This document shows, in pieces, positions 1 to 9,431 of a stretch of 64,000 bases of DNA (positions are counted from its first letter, which is position 1; the number at the start of each line of letters is the position of its first letter). The notes under the pieces were generated by a model. The model did no database searches. It was not told the origin of the DNA and saw only the letters and a list, made by a program, of their open reading frames with translations. The stretch comes from Oscillospiraceae bacterium (GTDB taxonomy: Bacteria; Bacillota; Clostridia; WRLR01), in assembly GCA_009777515.1 (NCBI GenBank), contig WRLR01000003.1, positions 7,289 through 71,288 of the forward strand, given 5' to 3'. A program made the position numbers and the translations under genes.

Positions 1-3000
1 CCGCCAATATCCATACGCGCTCGGGCAGGGTGTCGGGCAGGCTGGTGTAGCGGGCCCGGATGTCGTCGGCGCGCTCCGCGAGTTCAACTAAGCTTTTGCG
101 TTCTATAAAATCGCTGATGGTTAAAAAGAATGCATTGCCCTGCCGCCTGCTATTTGGGTTCTGCGAAGCGGGCGAGGAGGCGGAAGCGGAGGCGGATGTG
201 GAAGAGGCCGACGCGCCGGACAGGCCTGGCTGGGTCGCGGAGGCCCCGCTCCTGGGTGCGCCTTGGTCGCGGTTTGTTCCGGAGGGAGGCGACGAAAAGT
301 TGTCTGCGGAATAGCTTACCACGACAACAGTGTCGTAATCATTGAGCATATCGCGGTACAATCCGGGATAACTGCTGTATAGCAATAATTGCGAAGCTGT
401 CACATGGTTTTCTTCCTGGTAATATTCCAATTCGTAACTGAAACCTTCCGCCATTATATGCTCCAGTGTGAGCGCGCCGTTCTCTTCATATACGTTCCCA
501 ACCTGCATGTTGAAATTATGGAGCCCTGCCATTTTAGAGGGCGTAAACAACGAAAACGTTTTCATTCGATCAAAATACACCGTCGCGTTCATAAGGTCCT
601 GGCTCAGCATCCATCGGCTCGAGCGCCGCAGGGTTTCTGCGGTGACGCCGATGCGCTGTAGCGACGGGTTGGTGCCGCCTGCCATGAACCTGTACAGGTA
701 AAGCATATGGTTTTGAGAAAATTCGGCCACATCCTGCTGCACTTCGGTGTTGCCTGTATAATACAGCGGGCCGGGGTCGCGGGTGGGCGCCCCTGATTCC
801 AGGCGCGCCAGTGCGTCCTCCATATCGCGCACGTCAACGAGGTCGGGCGACTCCAGATCGGTGACATGGTGCGTGCGGGCGGCGGGGGCGGGGGCGGGAT
901 CGGCGGCGGTGATGGGGGCGCTGGAGGCGCCGGCGTTTGTGGCGTTGGGGGCGTTGGCGCTGGGGGAAGTGCCAGTAGTGTTGGCAGGGGTGTTGGCGGC
1001 GTTGGCTGCGTTGGCGGCATCGGCGGCATCGGTAGCGCCGGTAGCACCGGTAGCGCCGGTGGCGCCGGTAGCGCCGGTAGCGCCAGTGTTGCCACCGGGC
1101 GTGGTTTCGTTGGAAGCGCTGCCACTCTCGGCGTCGTTACCGCTGTCATAACCATTAATACCGTTTTCATCATTGCGTCTGGATAAAATGTCGCTTTCGA
1201 TCTTATCGAGGAGGGCTGCGCTGGATCGCGGCTCCACCAAGCCGTCAGCAATGTCAAGTTCAACGGTTTTTGCCTCTTCGTCCGCGTCGGCAAGGGCGGC
1301 CTCGCGGTTTGTCAACTGGCCCGGCAGCTCAACTAGCAACGACGATATGCCTTCGGGAGGCGTTTCCGTCTGTTTTATGCCCCATGGCGTTTGCGCGATA
1401 CCGGCGTCTATGTATGTAGTATATTGCGAGTAAGCAGCGTCATTCGACGCGCCATCTGCCCTGCTGTTACTGTTATTGCTGCCGCCGTCAATGCCGCCAC
1501 TGTCATTGTCACCGTCATCGCTGCCGTCAACCCCATCCAATGTGGCGTCCGACTCCTGCCAAAACGGCCTTTGGATGTTTTTCCATGAATTCCCCGTGTA
1601 TATTTCCTTGCCGTTTCCTTTTAAATATAACGTCGGATCTTCGGTCACGACTGTAAGGACCTGCGTGTTATTCGGCCTTACGGGCCCCGACAAAAAACTC
1701 TCGCCGCTCGAGAACCCAGTAGTGTTCAACGCAAAATTGTCGACGCGATAATAATAGTACCTGTCGTAATAACTGTTCGTCACCCTATTGTATACATCAT
1801 AAAGCCATTGCCAGCGGATGGGGCTGTTCGGTACAGGCGTGACTGCTATCATAATCACCATGCAAATAAAAATCGGCGATATTGATTTTAAGAATCTGGC
1901 CGGATTAAAAAGCGAAGACGCCTCGCCGTATTGAAAGCGGTACTTTAAATAAATATGCCAGATATAACCGACGATTGCGACTCCAATGAATGCGAATAAC
2001 GCGAGATGCCCGGCAAAAAAGCCATAGCACCACTGCACGCAAAACGTGGCGAACCCAATGGCAAACATAAATGCGTAGTGGTACCGTTTGATTGTCGTAA
2101 AATACACGAACAAGCATATGGCAGTGCAGAGCAGCATAAACAGGATAAATTCATAGCGCTCGATTTTCGGCTGACCGGTGTAGAAAAAACTGGCCGCCCA
2201 GTATGTAAAGCGACGAAAATGGTATGACGCAATGATCCTGTAATCGTCAAGCCGATCGGTCCTGTGCAGGCGAAATATGTATATGCCCAAGGCTGCTATT
2301 GACGCGAGGATTAACCCGTTGGCCACGTAGGCATTATAAAAGAGGACGGCAAATACAATGAGCAACGCTGCGCACGTAAAAAAAACGTCCGATTGCGTTA
2401 CGCCGAGGCCGGAGGTCTTCACAACCGCGTATACGACAGAAAATGACAATACAACAGCTAAAATGTATTTTATTAAAAAAGACGGCGCCGTGAATGCATT
2501 TATGTTGAGCTTTCGGGCAATCCCCGACACAAGGCCATTGAGGTTCAACCCGGCAATAACGGAGCTGAGCGGTCCATCGGCGGTTGGGTAGGCGGAGGCA
2601 GCCGAGGCGGCAGGGGCGGCAGATGCGGCGGTTAGTACGGCTGGGGTGGAGGCGCCCGAGGTAGTGGTTGGTGCGGCTGGAGTGGAGGCGCCCGAGGCAG
2701 CGGCTGGTGCGGCTGGGCTGGTTTGGTTGGATGGAGCGGCTGTGGTGGTTTGGGCAGTTTGGGCAGCTTGGTTGGACGGAACGACCGGGGCAGCTGGGGC
2801 GGAATTATTAGCGGCGTTCAAGGCAGAAGTAGTAGCGGTAGCTGGAGCAAACGCCGCATCGGCGCGCATGTTGCCGCTCCCGTTGTTGGCATTGGCGTAT
2901 GCATTGTTTGCGCCGTCGCCTATGTCGATTCCGGCGCCGACACTACTGCCACTTCTGCTAATGTGACGTCGATTATTATTGCGCCTATGGTTAAATTCGT

Positions 3001-3364
3001 CTCCGAAACGGTTTTCGCCGCTACGACCGTCGTCTTGAAAACCTGCATTTATATCATCTTCCTCTGCGGGAAAAATGACCTGTCTACTGCCATAGCGGTC
3101 TCGGCCGAACATCATATTGTTGTCGCGGATGTTCCGGGAGCGGTCGGAACCCTCCCCTCTGCCCTCCATATCCTGGCCCGTACCACGCTTCCCCGGGAAG
3201 TTGAAACCGCCGACCGCAAAATTTTGCCAATCGCCGCTTCTATTTATATCATGCGATATAGAGTTTTTGTTATCGTCTGATTTATCGTTGGGACGCCAGC
3301 CGATGCTGGCGGTTTTTTCTTTTTTTTTCAAGATTCGCCTCCAAACAGCCTATACATTCATGCA
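1..3364 (-). CDS. large multi-pass membrane protein, probable transglutaminase-like (TgpA-type) partner of MoxR/DUF58; 3' end runs off the window
   Basis: The minus frame with codon starts = 1 mod 3 stays open from ATG 3364 (AAGG 5 nt upstream, in-frame TAA just above) to position 1, which explains its absence from the ORF track. Hand translation gives a disordered N-terminus, several TM helices (FLIKYILAVVLSFSVVYAVV, YEFILFMLLCTAICLFVYF) and an Ala/Thr/Gly-rich exodomain. It lies downstream of MoxR-DUF58. The transglutaminase core itself is not in the window, so the function is inferred from architecture and synteny. Confidence 0.6.
1031..1084. repeat. 6 x 9-nt in-frame tandem repeat (GGTAGCGCC); encodes (GAT)n in the minus-strand CDS
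   Basis: Read directly: ggtagcgcc ggtagcacc ggtagcgcc ggtggcgcc ggtagcgcc ggtagcgcc. Confidence 0.9.
3294..3327 (+). terminator. intrinsic-terminator-like hairpin with no plus-strand gene upstream
   Basis: CGCCAGC-GAT-GCTGGCG stem-loop followed by G-T6-C-T9. It lies antisense to the first ~20 codons of the 1..3364 CDS. Confidence 0.45.
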
Positions 3365-3539
3365 TTTTTGCCTTAATGTTTTTATATCTTTATGCATTTA
3401 TGCCTTAATACCTTAATGCTTTAATGCCTTTATACATTTTTCATTTGTGCATTCATGTATTGCTGTAGTCAAATCGGGCATCTAGGATATAATATTTATT
3501 AAATATTATACTACATATGGTGTATGGTAGAATAGCAGT

Positions 3540-4226
3540 ATGGCAACCCAGATTGGCATATATGGCGAAAAAACATTGCACAGGGAACTCAAATGGATGA
3601 TTGAACCTACGGGCGCATACCATGAAGTACCTGTTGGCAAGCATATAGCAGATATTAAAACCGAGTCCGGTATTATTGAGATACAGACACAGTCGCTCCA
3701 CAGGCTGCGCGGTAAATTAGCTGCGTTTTTGCCCGATTATATAGTGACGCTGGTTTACCCGATGCCGCACGAAAAGCTTATTCTCTGGATGGACGCGGAG
3801 AACGGCGAAATTTTAAGGACGCGGCGCTCGCCGAGACGCGGCAGCTATTACACGGCTTTTCGCGAACTGTATTACATAAAGCACTTGCTAATATCAGAAA
3901 ACCTTCGCCTTCGGCTCATATTACTCGATGTGTCCGAGCGCAGGATCGGTGGCGGCTGGCGCAAGCGGTACCATAAAATCGATACCGACATACGTTCTGT
4001 GTATGGCGAACTGGCAATAAACAACCTCGCAGACTATCAGCTCCTCGTGCCCACAATGTTGTCTGAACCGTTCACATCGCGTAGTTACGCGGCGGCCACC
4101 GGGCTGAACATGAAAGACGCCGGAGTGGCGCTCAATGTGCTGTACCATGTAGGCGCCGTCGAACGCATTGGAAAAACAGGCAATATGTACCTATACGTAA
4201 GGCATACGCGGTGTGCGTCACAATAA
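3540..4226 (+). CDS. CoiA-like / PD-(D/E)xK nuclease-fold protein (hypothetical)
   Basis: 228-aa ORF. The N-terminal pattern GEKTLHRELKW...HEV...HIADIK...IIEIQTQS resembles the E-x2-H-x2-K ... D ... E-x-Q/K core of CoiA-type restriction-endonuclease-fold proteins. It has lower GC than its flanks. Confidence 0.55.
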   Translation: MATQIGIYGEKTLHRELKWMIEPTGAYHEVPVGKHIADIKTESGIIEIQTQSLHRLRGKLAAFLPDYIVTLVYPMPHEKLILWMDAENGEILRTRRSPRRGSYYTAFRELYYIKHLLISENLRLRLILLDVSERRIGGGWRKRYHKIDTDIRSVYGELAINNLADYQLLVPTMLSEPFTSRSYAAATGLNMKDAGVALNVLYHVGAVERIGKTGNMYLYVRHTRCASQ

Positions 4227-4230
4227 GATT

Positions 4231-5436
4231 TCAAGACGCAAGCGCCTCGCGAAGGGGCCTTGCGGAATCAATGATAAAAAGACTGACCGGGCTTTTATTA
4301 ATTGCTTTGACCCAATTGGTCCTCTCTAGCCCATACCTTGTTTCGCATACATAAAGCAGTGCTATCCGAGAGCCCAGCTCCGCGTAACGAATTACTCTGT
4401 CGAGCAGCTCATCCGTGACCTCTTGGGTAATCACGCATAAATTGAGCCGTTCGCCTGCAGTGTCGAGGCTGACGTTTTCAACAATCTTTGCGATATCGTA
4501 AGCTGCAGAAAAATCAACGAAAGCCAGATGATCATATGCCATCCCAAACATACTGGTGTCGCTGAGGCTGTATGTATAATATTCGTTTTCGTAATAACAC
4601 AGGGTGACGTTCCAAAATTGGTTGAGAAAATGAAACGCTATCGAGACAGCTGCTTCTATGACCCTGTCTTCAAGTTTTAATTTGTTTTCATATGTGACAT
4701 CGGTAATTTGTGACAAATTCAAAAGCAATGTGAGGCGAGACTTTGTAATATTTTCATAATTTTTAGACATAAACGACATCATGCGTGCAGAAAGGTTCCA
4801 GTGAATTCTGCGCATGCCGTCCCCGACCATATATTCGCGGACGTCGGAAACGGCAGTAATATCCTCTGAAATGTTCTCTGGATTCACCTGGTTATCCATA
4901 TCAAATTTGCCAACAGCGGCAAATTCATCCAGTTCGCATACATGCGGATAGACCAACACATCGGGGAGTTTAGGGTATTTTATGACAGTACTGACAATAC
5001 CTAAAAAATCCAATAGACGGATTTCAGGCAGATTGACGTCGTATTTACCCCGATATTTACTAGTCAGCGCCACACGGGCCCGTTTACCGGAAAAGCCCGC
5101 GATAGAGAGTGTTTCGTCCTGCATTTCATAGTCGAAAGCGATAGTGTTTTTAAATGAAATATTAATGTAGGGAATGAACAGTGGGCTATTATTTTTAATT
5201 TCAATTGTCAGGACGATGTCACCGCCTTTGACGACGTCGCGTTTGTCCAAAATGCAAATGACATCACATAAAAGGCGCGTGACAAACAAATACAGGAGCG
5301 ATACTGCTACAAGGCCAAGCGCCGTGTATAACAAAGTATAAGGAACCAATCCGCCATAAAAAAGCACGAATGACAATGTCGTTAAAAAAACTGCGGCGCA
5401 CAGCAGCCTGTTTTTTAATAATCCTAATTTATTCAT
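4231..5436 (-). CDS. DUF58 (vWA-like) domain protein, MoxR partner
   Basis: 401 aa with two N-terminal TM helices and the DUF58 hallmark REYMVGDGMRRIHW. Its start overlaps the MoxR stop (ATGA). Confidence 0.85.
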   Translation of the reverse strand: MNKLGLLKNRLLCAAVFLTTLSFVLFYGGLVPYTLLYTALGLVAVSLLYLFVTRLLCDVICILDKRDVVKGGDIVLTIEIKNNSPLFIPYINISFKNTIAFDYEMQDETLSIAGFSGKRARVALTSKYRGKYDVNLPEIRLLDFLGIVSTVIKYPKLPDVLVYPHVCELDEFAAVGKFDMDNQVNPENISEDITAVSDVREYMVGDGMRRIHWNLSARMMSFMSKNYENITKSRLTLLLNLSQITDVTYENKLKLEDRVIEAAVSIAFHFLNQFWNVTLCYYENEYYTYSLSDTSMFGMAYDHLAFVDFSAAYDIAKIVENVSLDTAGERLNLCVITQEVTDELLDRVIRYAELGSRIALLYVCETRYGLERTNWVKAINKSPVSLFIIDSARPLREALAS

Positions 5437-6803
5437 GAAAACGTATTTGCATCGGATCTAGTTTGGTTTGAGCTGTCAGCGCCTTTGGCGTTGTTGCTGT
5501 TGCCGCCGCCGCTGTTGTTGCCGTTGTTGTTGGTGCCGCCACCTCCGCTACTGCCGCTGCCGCCGCCGCCAGAGTTGACGGGAACGCCGGGAGCGCCTGA
5601 AGCGCCAGTAACGCTGGGACCACTAAAACTGCTTACGTTACCGTAGCCGCCTTGGGCGCCGGAACCACCTTGGGCGCCGGAACCACCTTGAGTGCCGGAA
5701 CCGCCTGGACCACCGGTGGAACCTACGCTACCGGAAACGCCGGCGGCGTTTATCATACCATTTGCAACCGCGCCTACAGGTATTTGGTCGACTGCTCTGT
5801 CATTTGCGCTCCATTGATTTCGTGCAGCCACAGGCACATACGTGCTTTCTATAATATTATTTATAATGGCTTCAGGTTGTAAGTTCCTCAACCGTGCGTC
5901 TTGGCGGAGCTTTAACCGGTGCGAAAGAACAGGGTAGGCCATATCTTTAACGTCATCCGGTGTACAATAGTCCCTGCCCCTACAGCACGCCCATGCTTGC
6001 GTAGCGCGGTACAGCGCCAGCGAGCCTCGGGGGCTGATACCAAGTATTACGTCTTGATGATTACGGGTGGCCCTGACTATTTGAACGATGTACTTGCTGA
6101 CCTCCGGATCGACATATACACTGCGAACAATCTCTTTGGCGGTCACGATTTCACCGGGCGATGTAACGGCGCTGAGATTATCCAGAGGCGTATCGGAGCT
6201 AAAACGATCGAGCATGTAAATTTCTTCATCAGGTTGAGGGTAGCCAAGGCTCACTTTCATTAAAAAACGGTCAAGCTGAGCCTCGGGGAGCGGGAACGTA
6301 CCCAAATACTCCACTGGATTTTGCGTGGCGAGTACCATAAAAGGCGCCGGCAAGGCATACGATTTTCCGTCAACCGTCACCTGCCCTTCCTCCATTGCCT
6401 CCAGTAGACTGGATTGTGTTTTGGGGGACGTCCGATTTATTTCGTCCGCAAGCACAATTTGGCTCATAACTGCGCCCGGTCTGTACTCGAACGCGTTATC
6501 TTTCATGTTGTACATGGAAAAACCGGTGACGTCCGTGGGCAGCACGTCGGGGGTGAACTGGATGCGCCTGAAAGTGCATGACACGGATTTTGACAGGGCC
6601 GAAACCAGGCTCGTTTTCCCTACACCCGGTACATCTTCTATTAATACATGCCCCCCGCTTATTAATGCAACGACAACATGTTCGATCGGAGCGCGTTTAC
6701 CGACAATGACCTTTTGTATATTATCCGCGATCCGGGATATCAATTCGCCTACAGAAGCGCTTGTGTGAGTTAGAACAGAAAACCCTTCCTGACCATTTAC
6801 CAT
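5433..6803 (-). CDS. MoxR-family AAA+ ATPase with ~110-aa Gly/Ser/Asn-rich C-terminal tail
   Basis: Walker A EDVPGVGKT, Walker B VLADEINR, and PEAQLDRF typical of MoxR. ATG 6803 has AGGGG 9 nt upstream, whereas the track start 6809 is a TTG only 3 nt from that SD. Confidence 0.9.
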   Translation of the reverse strand: MVNGQEGFSVLTHTSASVGELISRIADNIQKVIVGKRAPIEHVVVALISGGHVLIEDVPGVGKTSLVSALSKSVSCTFRRIQFTPDVLPTDVTGFSMYNMKDNAFEYRPGAVMSQIVLADEINRTSPKTQSSLLEAMEEGQVTVDGKSYALPAPFMVLATQNPVEYLGTFPLPEAQLDRFLMKVSLGYPQPDEEIYMLDRFSSDTPLDNLSAVTSPGEIVTAKEIVRSVYVDPEVSKYIVQIVRATRNHQDVILGISPRGSLALYRATQAWACCRGRDYCTPDDVKDMAYPVLSHRLKLRQDARLRNLQPEAIINNIIESTYVPVAARNQWSANDRAVDQIPVGAVANGMINAAGVSGSVGSTGGPGGSGTQGGSGAQGGSGAQGGYGNVSSFSGPSVTGASGAPGVPVNSGGGGSGSSGGGGTNNNGNNSGGGNSNNAKGADSSNQTRSDANTFS

Positions 6804-7038
6804 GCGCAAAGGCCCCTAACATAAAATTTAATATTTCGTACATCGTAATAAATTTACAATTACAAATAATGTGCATATTACATTCTATATATGCAGCAGT
6901 TAGCTAAATGCGAAGCGTAAACTACATTATACTGAATTATAAATAAAAACACCAGATGGAATAAAATCACAAAATAACTTTCATTAGATAATGGTAACAG
7001 ATCACATCTAACCAATACAGAGTTCATATTAAACATGC

Positions 7039-7080
7039 AAACGAATAGGAATGTTTCACGTGAAACATTCCTATTCGTTT
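7039..7080 (-). terminator. 42-bp perfect palindrome (21+21); probable terminator hairpin of the 7071..8015 gene
   Basis: aaacgaataggaatgtttcac|gtgaaacattcctattcgttt. The right arm contains the TAG stop (7071..7073). Confidence 0.5.
7052..7067. other. parS (ParB/Spo0J binding site), perfect consensus
   Basis: TGTTTCACGTGAAACA matches the tGTTNCACGTGAAACa consensus exactly. It lies ~26 kb from the dnaA-dnaN oriC. Confidence 0.75.
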
Positions 7081-8015
7081 TTTATGCAGCAACAGAATAA
7101 GCCATCTTCGTCTGTTAAGATTAAATGGCCGCATTTCATGCATCTTCTGTACTCTCCTTTTCGTCCGCCGGACAAGAGCGCATTGGTTTCGCGTATCATC
7201 GACCCATAGGTTCCCCTCATCCATGGGCTAGCTTCAATATACGCAACATATTCATTACTGACGCGCGTCATCAATTCGCCCATCGTTTCCCAATCTAATG
7301 TACCGTACCCCGGGGGTAAATGTGTATCGCGATCGCGGCTGTTGTCTTGCAAATGGTACAGATAGATCCGATCTCCCATCGTCTTATGATCATCGGCTAG
7401 ATCCCCCAGATAATGCGCATGCCCAGCGTCGAAGCATCCTTTTACATATGGGGAGGCCAGCATGTCTATCAGTTTGCATATTTTACTCATATCGTCATAT
7501 ACTGTTTCTGGTTCTTGTGGAGGACGCGCGTCTGTGCCGTAGCCGCCGTCCCAACGCTGTGGTACGGGGAAGAATGTGTTTTCTATTGCCAATATGATGC
7601 CCGCTTCCTGTGCAGCAGGCGCCACGGCGTGTACAGATTCCGCGCATAGTTCCAGCGCCCAGTTTGGCGCAACGGCAAGGCATGCGCCATTTGTATGCAG
7701 CGGGGCAGTTTTGACGCCGAGGATTGACATCCTTTCCATACCATTTTTTAATTGCTCAATATATAGATTTCTCTGTGTTACATATTGATTTGCCAAACTA
7801 TTGGCAGAATTGTACGATCCAAACCTGGGATGCGCCGTTAAAGCCTTTATACCGTTCGCTGCCAGTACTGCGGCGCGCTCCTTAATTATTTCAACGGGCG
7901 CAGACTCAATAAAATCATATGGCACGCTTATAGCCGTGACGCCTTGTTTCGCAATTTTTTCAATCTCTGAATCATTAATCATTTCGGAATACAGTAATTC
8001 AACACATAATTCCAT
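7071..8015 (-). CDS. sugar phosphate isomerase/epimerase (xylose-isomerase-like TIM barrel) with Cys-rich C-terminal tail
   Basis: ILAIENTF and FDAGHAH metal-ligand-type motifs of the AP-endonuclease-2/TIM-barrel family. ATG 8015 has GGAG 7 nt upstream; the track start 8060 has no SD. C-terminus CMKCGH...CCC. Confidence 0.8.
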   Translation of the reverse strand: MELCVELLYSEMINDSEIEKIAKQGVTAISVPYDFIESAPVEIIKERAAVLAANGIKALTAHPRFGSYNSANSLANQYVTQRNLYIEQLKNGMERMSILGVKTAPLHTNGACLAVAPNWALELCAESVHAVAPAAQEAGIILAIENTFFPVPQRWDGGYGTDARPPQEPETVYDDMSKICKLIDMLASPYVKGCFDAGHAHYLGDLADDHKTMGDRIYLYHLQDNSRDRDTHLPPGYGTLDWETMGELMTRVSNEYVAYIEASPWMRGTYGSMIRETNALLSGGRKGEYRRCMKCGHLILTDEDGLFCCCIKNE

Positions 8016-8064
8016 TATTAGTCTCCTGTGATACTGTTTGTTTTTAAGTATAATATTCATTCAT

Positions 8065-8210
8065 ATATAATAGTGTTCACGACAGTACCGTCACCAGCAT
8101 GGCACAAAAGTCTGTTGTCGTGAGCACTATCGCGGCGCAAGGCGCCGTGCGGGCGTTTCACGCCCGTAAGGTGAGGGGAACCGCGCTTCCCCGAACCGAC
8201 AACTTTCATA
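8065..8210 (-). promoter_or_regulatory. structured 5' leader / candidate cis-regulatory RNA (unassigned class)
   Basis: Read on the minus strand: GUUGUCG ... three GC hairpins (GGGGAA/UUCCCC, GGGCG/CGCCC, CGGCGC/GCGCCG) ... CGACAAC. The 3' strand of that closing helix can instead pair into a long hairpin (AGUGCUCACGACAACAG / CUGUCGUGAACACU) just upstream of the RBS. Confidence 0.35.
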
Positions 8211-8241
8211 ATAGGTAATCGCATAAAATTTATGGCCGTAT

Positions 8242-9366
8242 TTATTTTTTAGCAGCCCTCCTAATTGCTGCCTGCATTGCGTCTTCTGCTTTTTCCATAT
8301 CCGATACCAGCTTAAATTGCGTTCTGCAGCGTATCAAATTGTGTTCTTTGTATGCGGTGCGATAATATTCGTCTCCGCATAAATAGTCAGTGAGGAAGCG
8401 GACGCCGTTTTCCAGCGTTATTGTATATGCTCCGTCACACAGGCTTGCAATTTCGTCTGGTTCAAGATATGCCCCGCAGGCTGAAAGAAAACCTTCGGCA
8501 TAGGTCTCAAAAAGGCGCAATGACAAAGATACCTTATCAATGCAGGGTTCATCTTCGGCCGCAGTCGAAGCGCCAAAACGGATGGAGTCGCCAAAATCCG
8601 TTACTGAAAAGCCGGGCATGACGGTATCGAGATCGATAACGCAAAGCCCCTTGCGCGTCCTGCGGTCGAAAAGTACATTGTTGAGTTTTGTGTCATTGTG
8701 TGTGACGCGCAAGGGCAGCGCGCCTTCGGCGTGCCGCTCCATAAGCGCCCCCGCACGCGTCTCCCTCTCCAGTGCAAATTCAATTTCGCGCGCCGCGCCC
8801 TGTACGCGGCCGCAGCGATCCTCATTTACAGCCTCGCGAAAAGCGCGGTACCGTGTAGGCGTATCGTGAAAACCTGGGATTGTGTACCCAAGCGAATGGA
8901 CGGGAAAATCCGCCAGTTGTTTTTGAAAGGCGCCAAAGGTCGATGCGCTTTCATAAAACAATGATAGATTATCCGTTTTTTGATAGCATACGCTGTCGGT
9001 TATAAATGAATAAACGCGCCAATAGTCATTCGCCTCATCTACATGCCACAACCCACCGTCCCGCGTCTGCACAAGTTCCAAGACGTGCCTCGGCGATTGC
9101 GCGGTATGTGAAAGGCTGTCAATCACTGCCGTGATATTACGCATTACACATAATGGATCTTTAAACACAAATGTATTAATTTTCTGCAATATATACGTTC
9201 GCGCCGTATCGTCCATAATTAGGTATGTATCGTTGATATGCCCGCCGCCGTAACGACGGCAAAATATGGGTTCGCCGTCCAATTGAAATAAGTGGAGCCG
9301 CTCTTTGGCTGTTGTATCTTTTGCCAATAAACCGTCATCAATGCCAATACTGCTTGCATTGCTCAT
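8242..9366 (-). CDS. N-acetylhexosamine 1-kinase-like phosphotransferase (APH/choline-kinase fold)
   Basis: GGGHINDTY, HNDTKLNNVLFD and VIDLDTVMPG...DFGDSIRF motifs, as in NahK/LnpB-type kinases. Confidence 0.75.
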   Translation of the reverse strand: MSNASSIGIDDGLLAKDTTAKERLHLFQLDGEPIFCRRYGGGHINDTYLIMDDTARTYILQKINTFVFKDPLCVMRNITAVIDSLSHTAQSPRHVLELVQTRDGGLWHVDEANDYWRVYSFITDSVCYQKTDNLSLFYESASTFGAFQKQLADFPVHSLGYTIPGFHDTPTRYRAFREAVNEDRCGRVQGAAREIEFALERETRAGALMERHAEGALPLRVTHNDTKLNNVLFDRRTRKGLCVIDLDTVMPGFSVTDFGDSIRFGASTAAEDEPCIDKVSLSLRLFETYAEGFLSACGAYLEPDEIASLCDGAYTITLENGVRFLTDYLCGDEYYRTAYKEHNLIRCRTQFKLVSDMEKAEDAMQAAIRRAAKK

Positions 9367-9431
9367 CTTGATTGCCGCCTTTCAAAATACAATAACATTA
9401 ACATATCACATACTTGTTCTTGCCAGCCTAT

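Noticed and set aside
604-1293. 229-aa Pro/Ala-rich minus-strand ORF and overlapping plus-strand Gly/Ala ORFs (783..1186)
   Set aside because: They are out-of-frame readings of the Ala/Thr/Gly repeat region of the large edge-truncated membrane-protein gene. The true frame (codon starts = 1 mod 3) stays open through the whole region.
2723-3280. 185-aa plus-strand ORF ending 14 nt before the strong plus-strand terminator
   Set aside because: I considered it as the gene served by that terminator. Its composition is implausible, and the opposite strand encodes a coherent protein resembling other disordered N-termini in this genome. The orphan terminator is kept as a finding.
8065-8210. Assignment of the structured leader to a known RNA class (TPP, SAM-I, FMN, cobalamin, purine, lysine, glycine, ZTP, guanidine-I, fluoride, c-di-GMP, T-box, tRNA, SRP RNA)
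   Set aside because: None of the conserved core sequences I remember for these classes is present. It is left as an unassigned candidate only.
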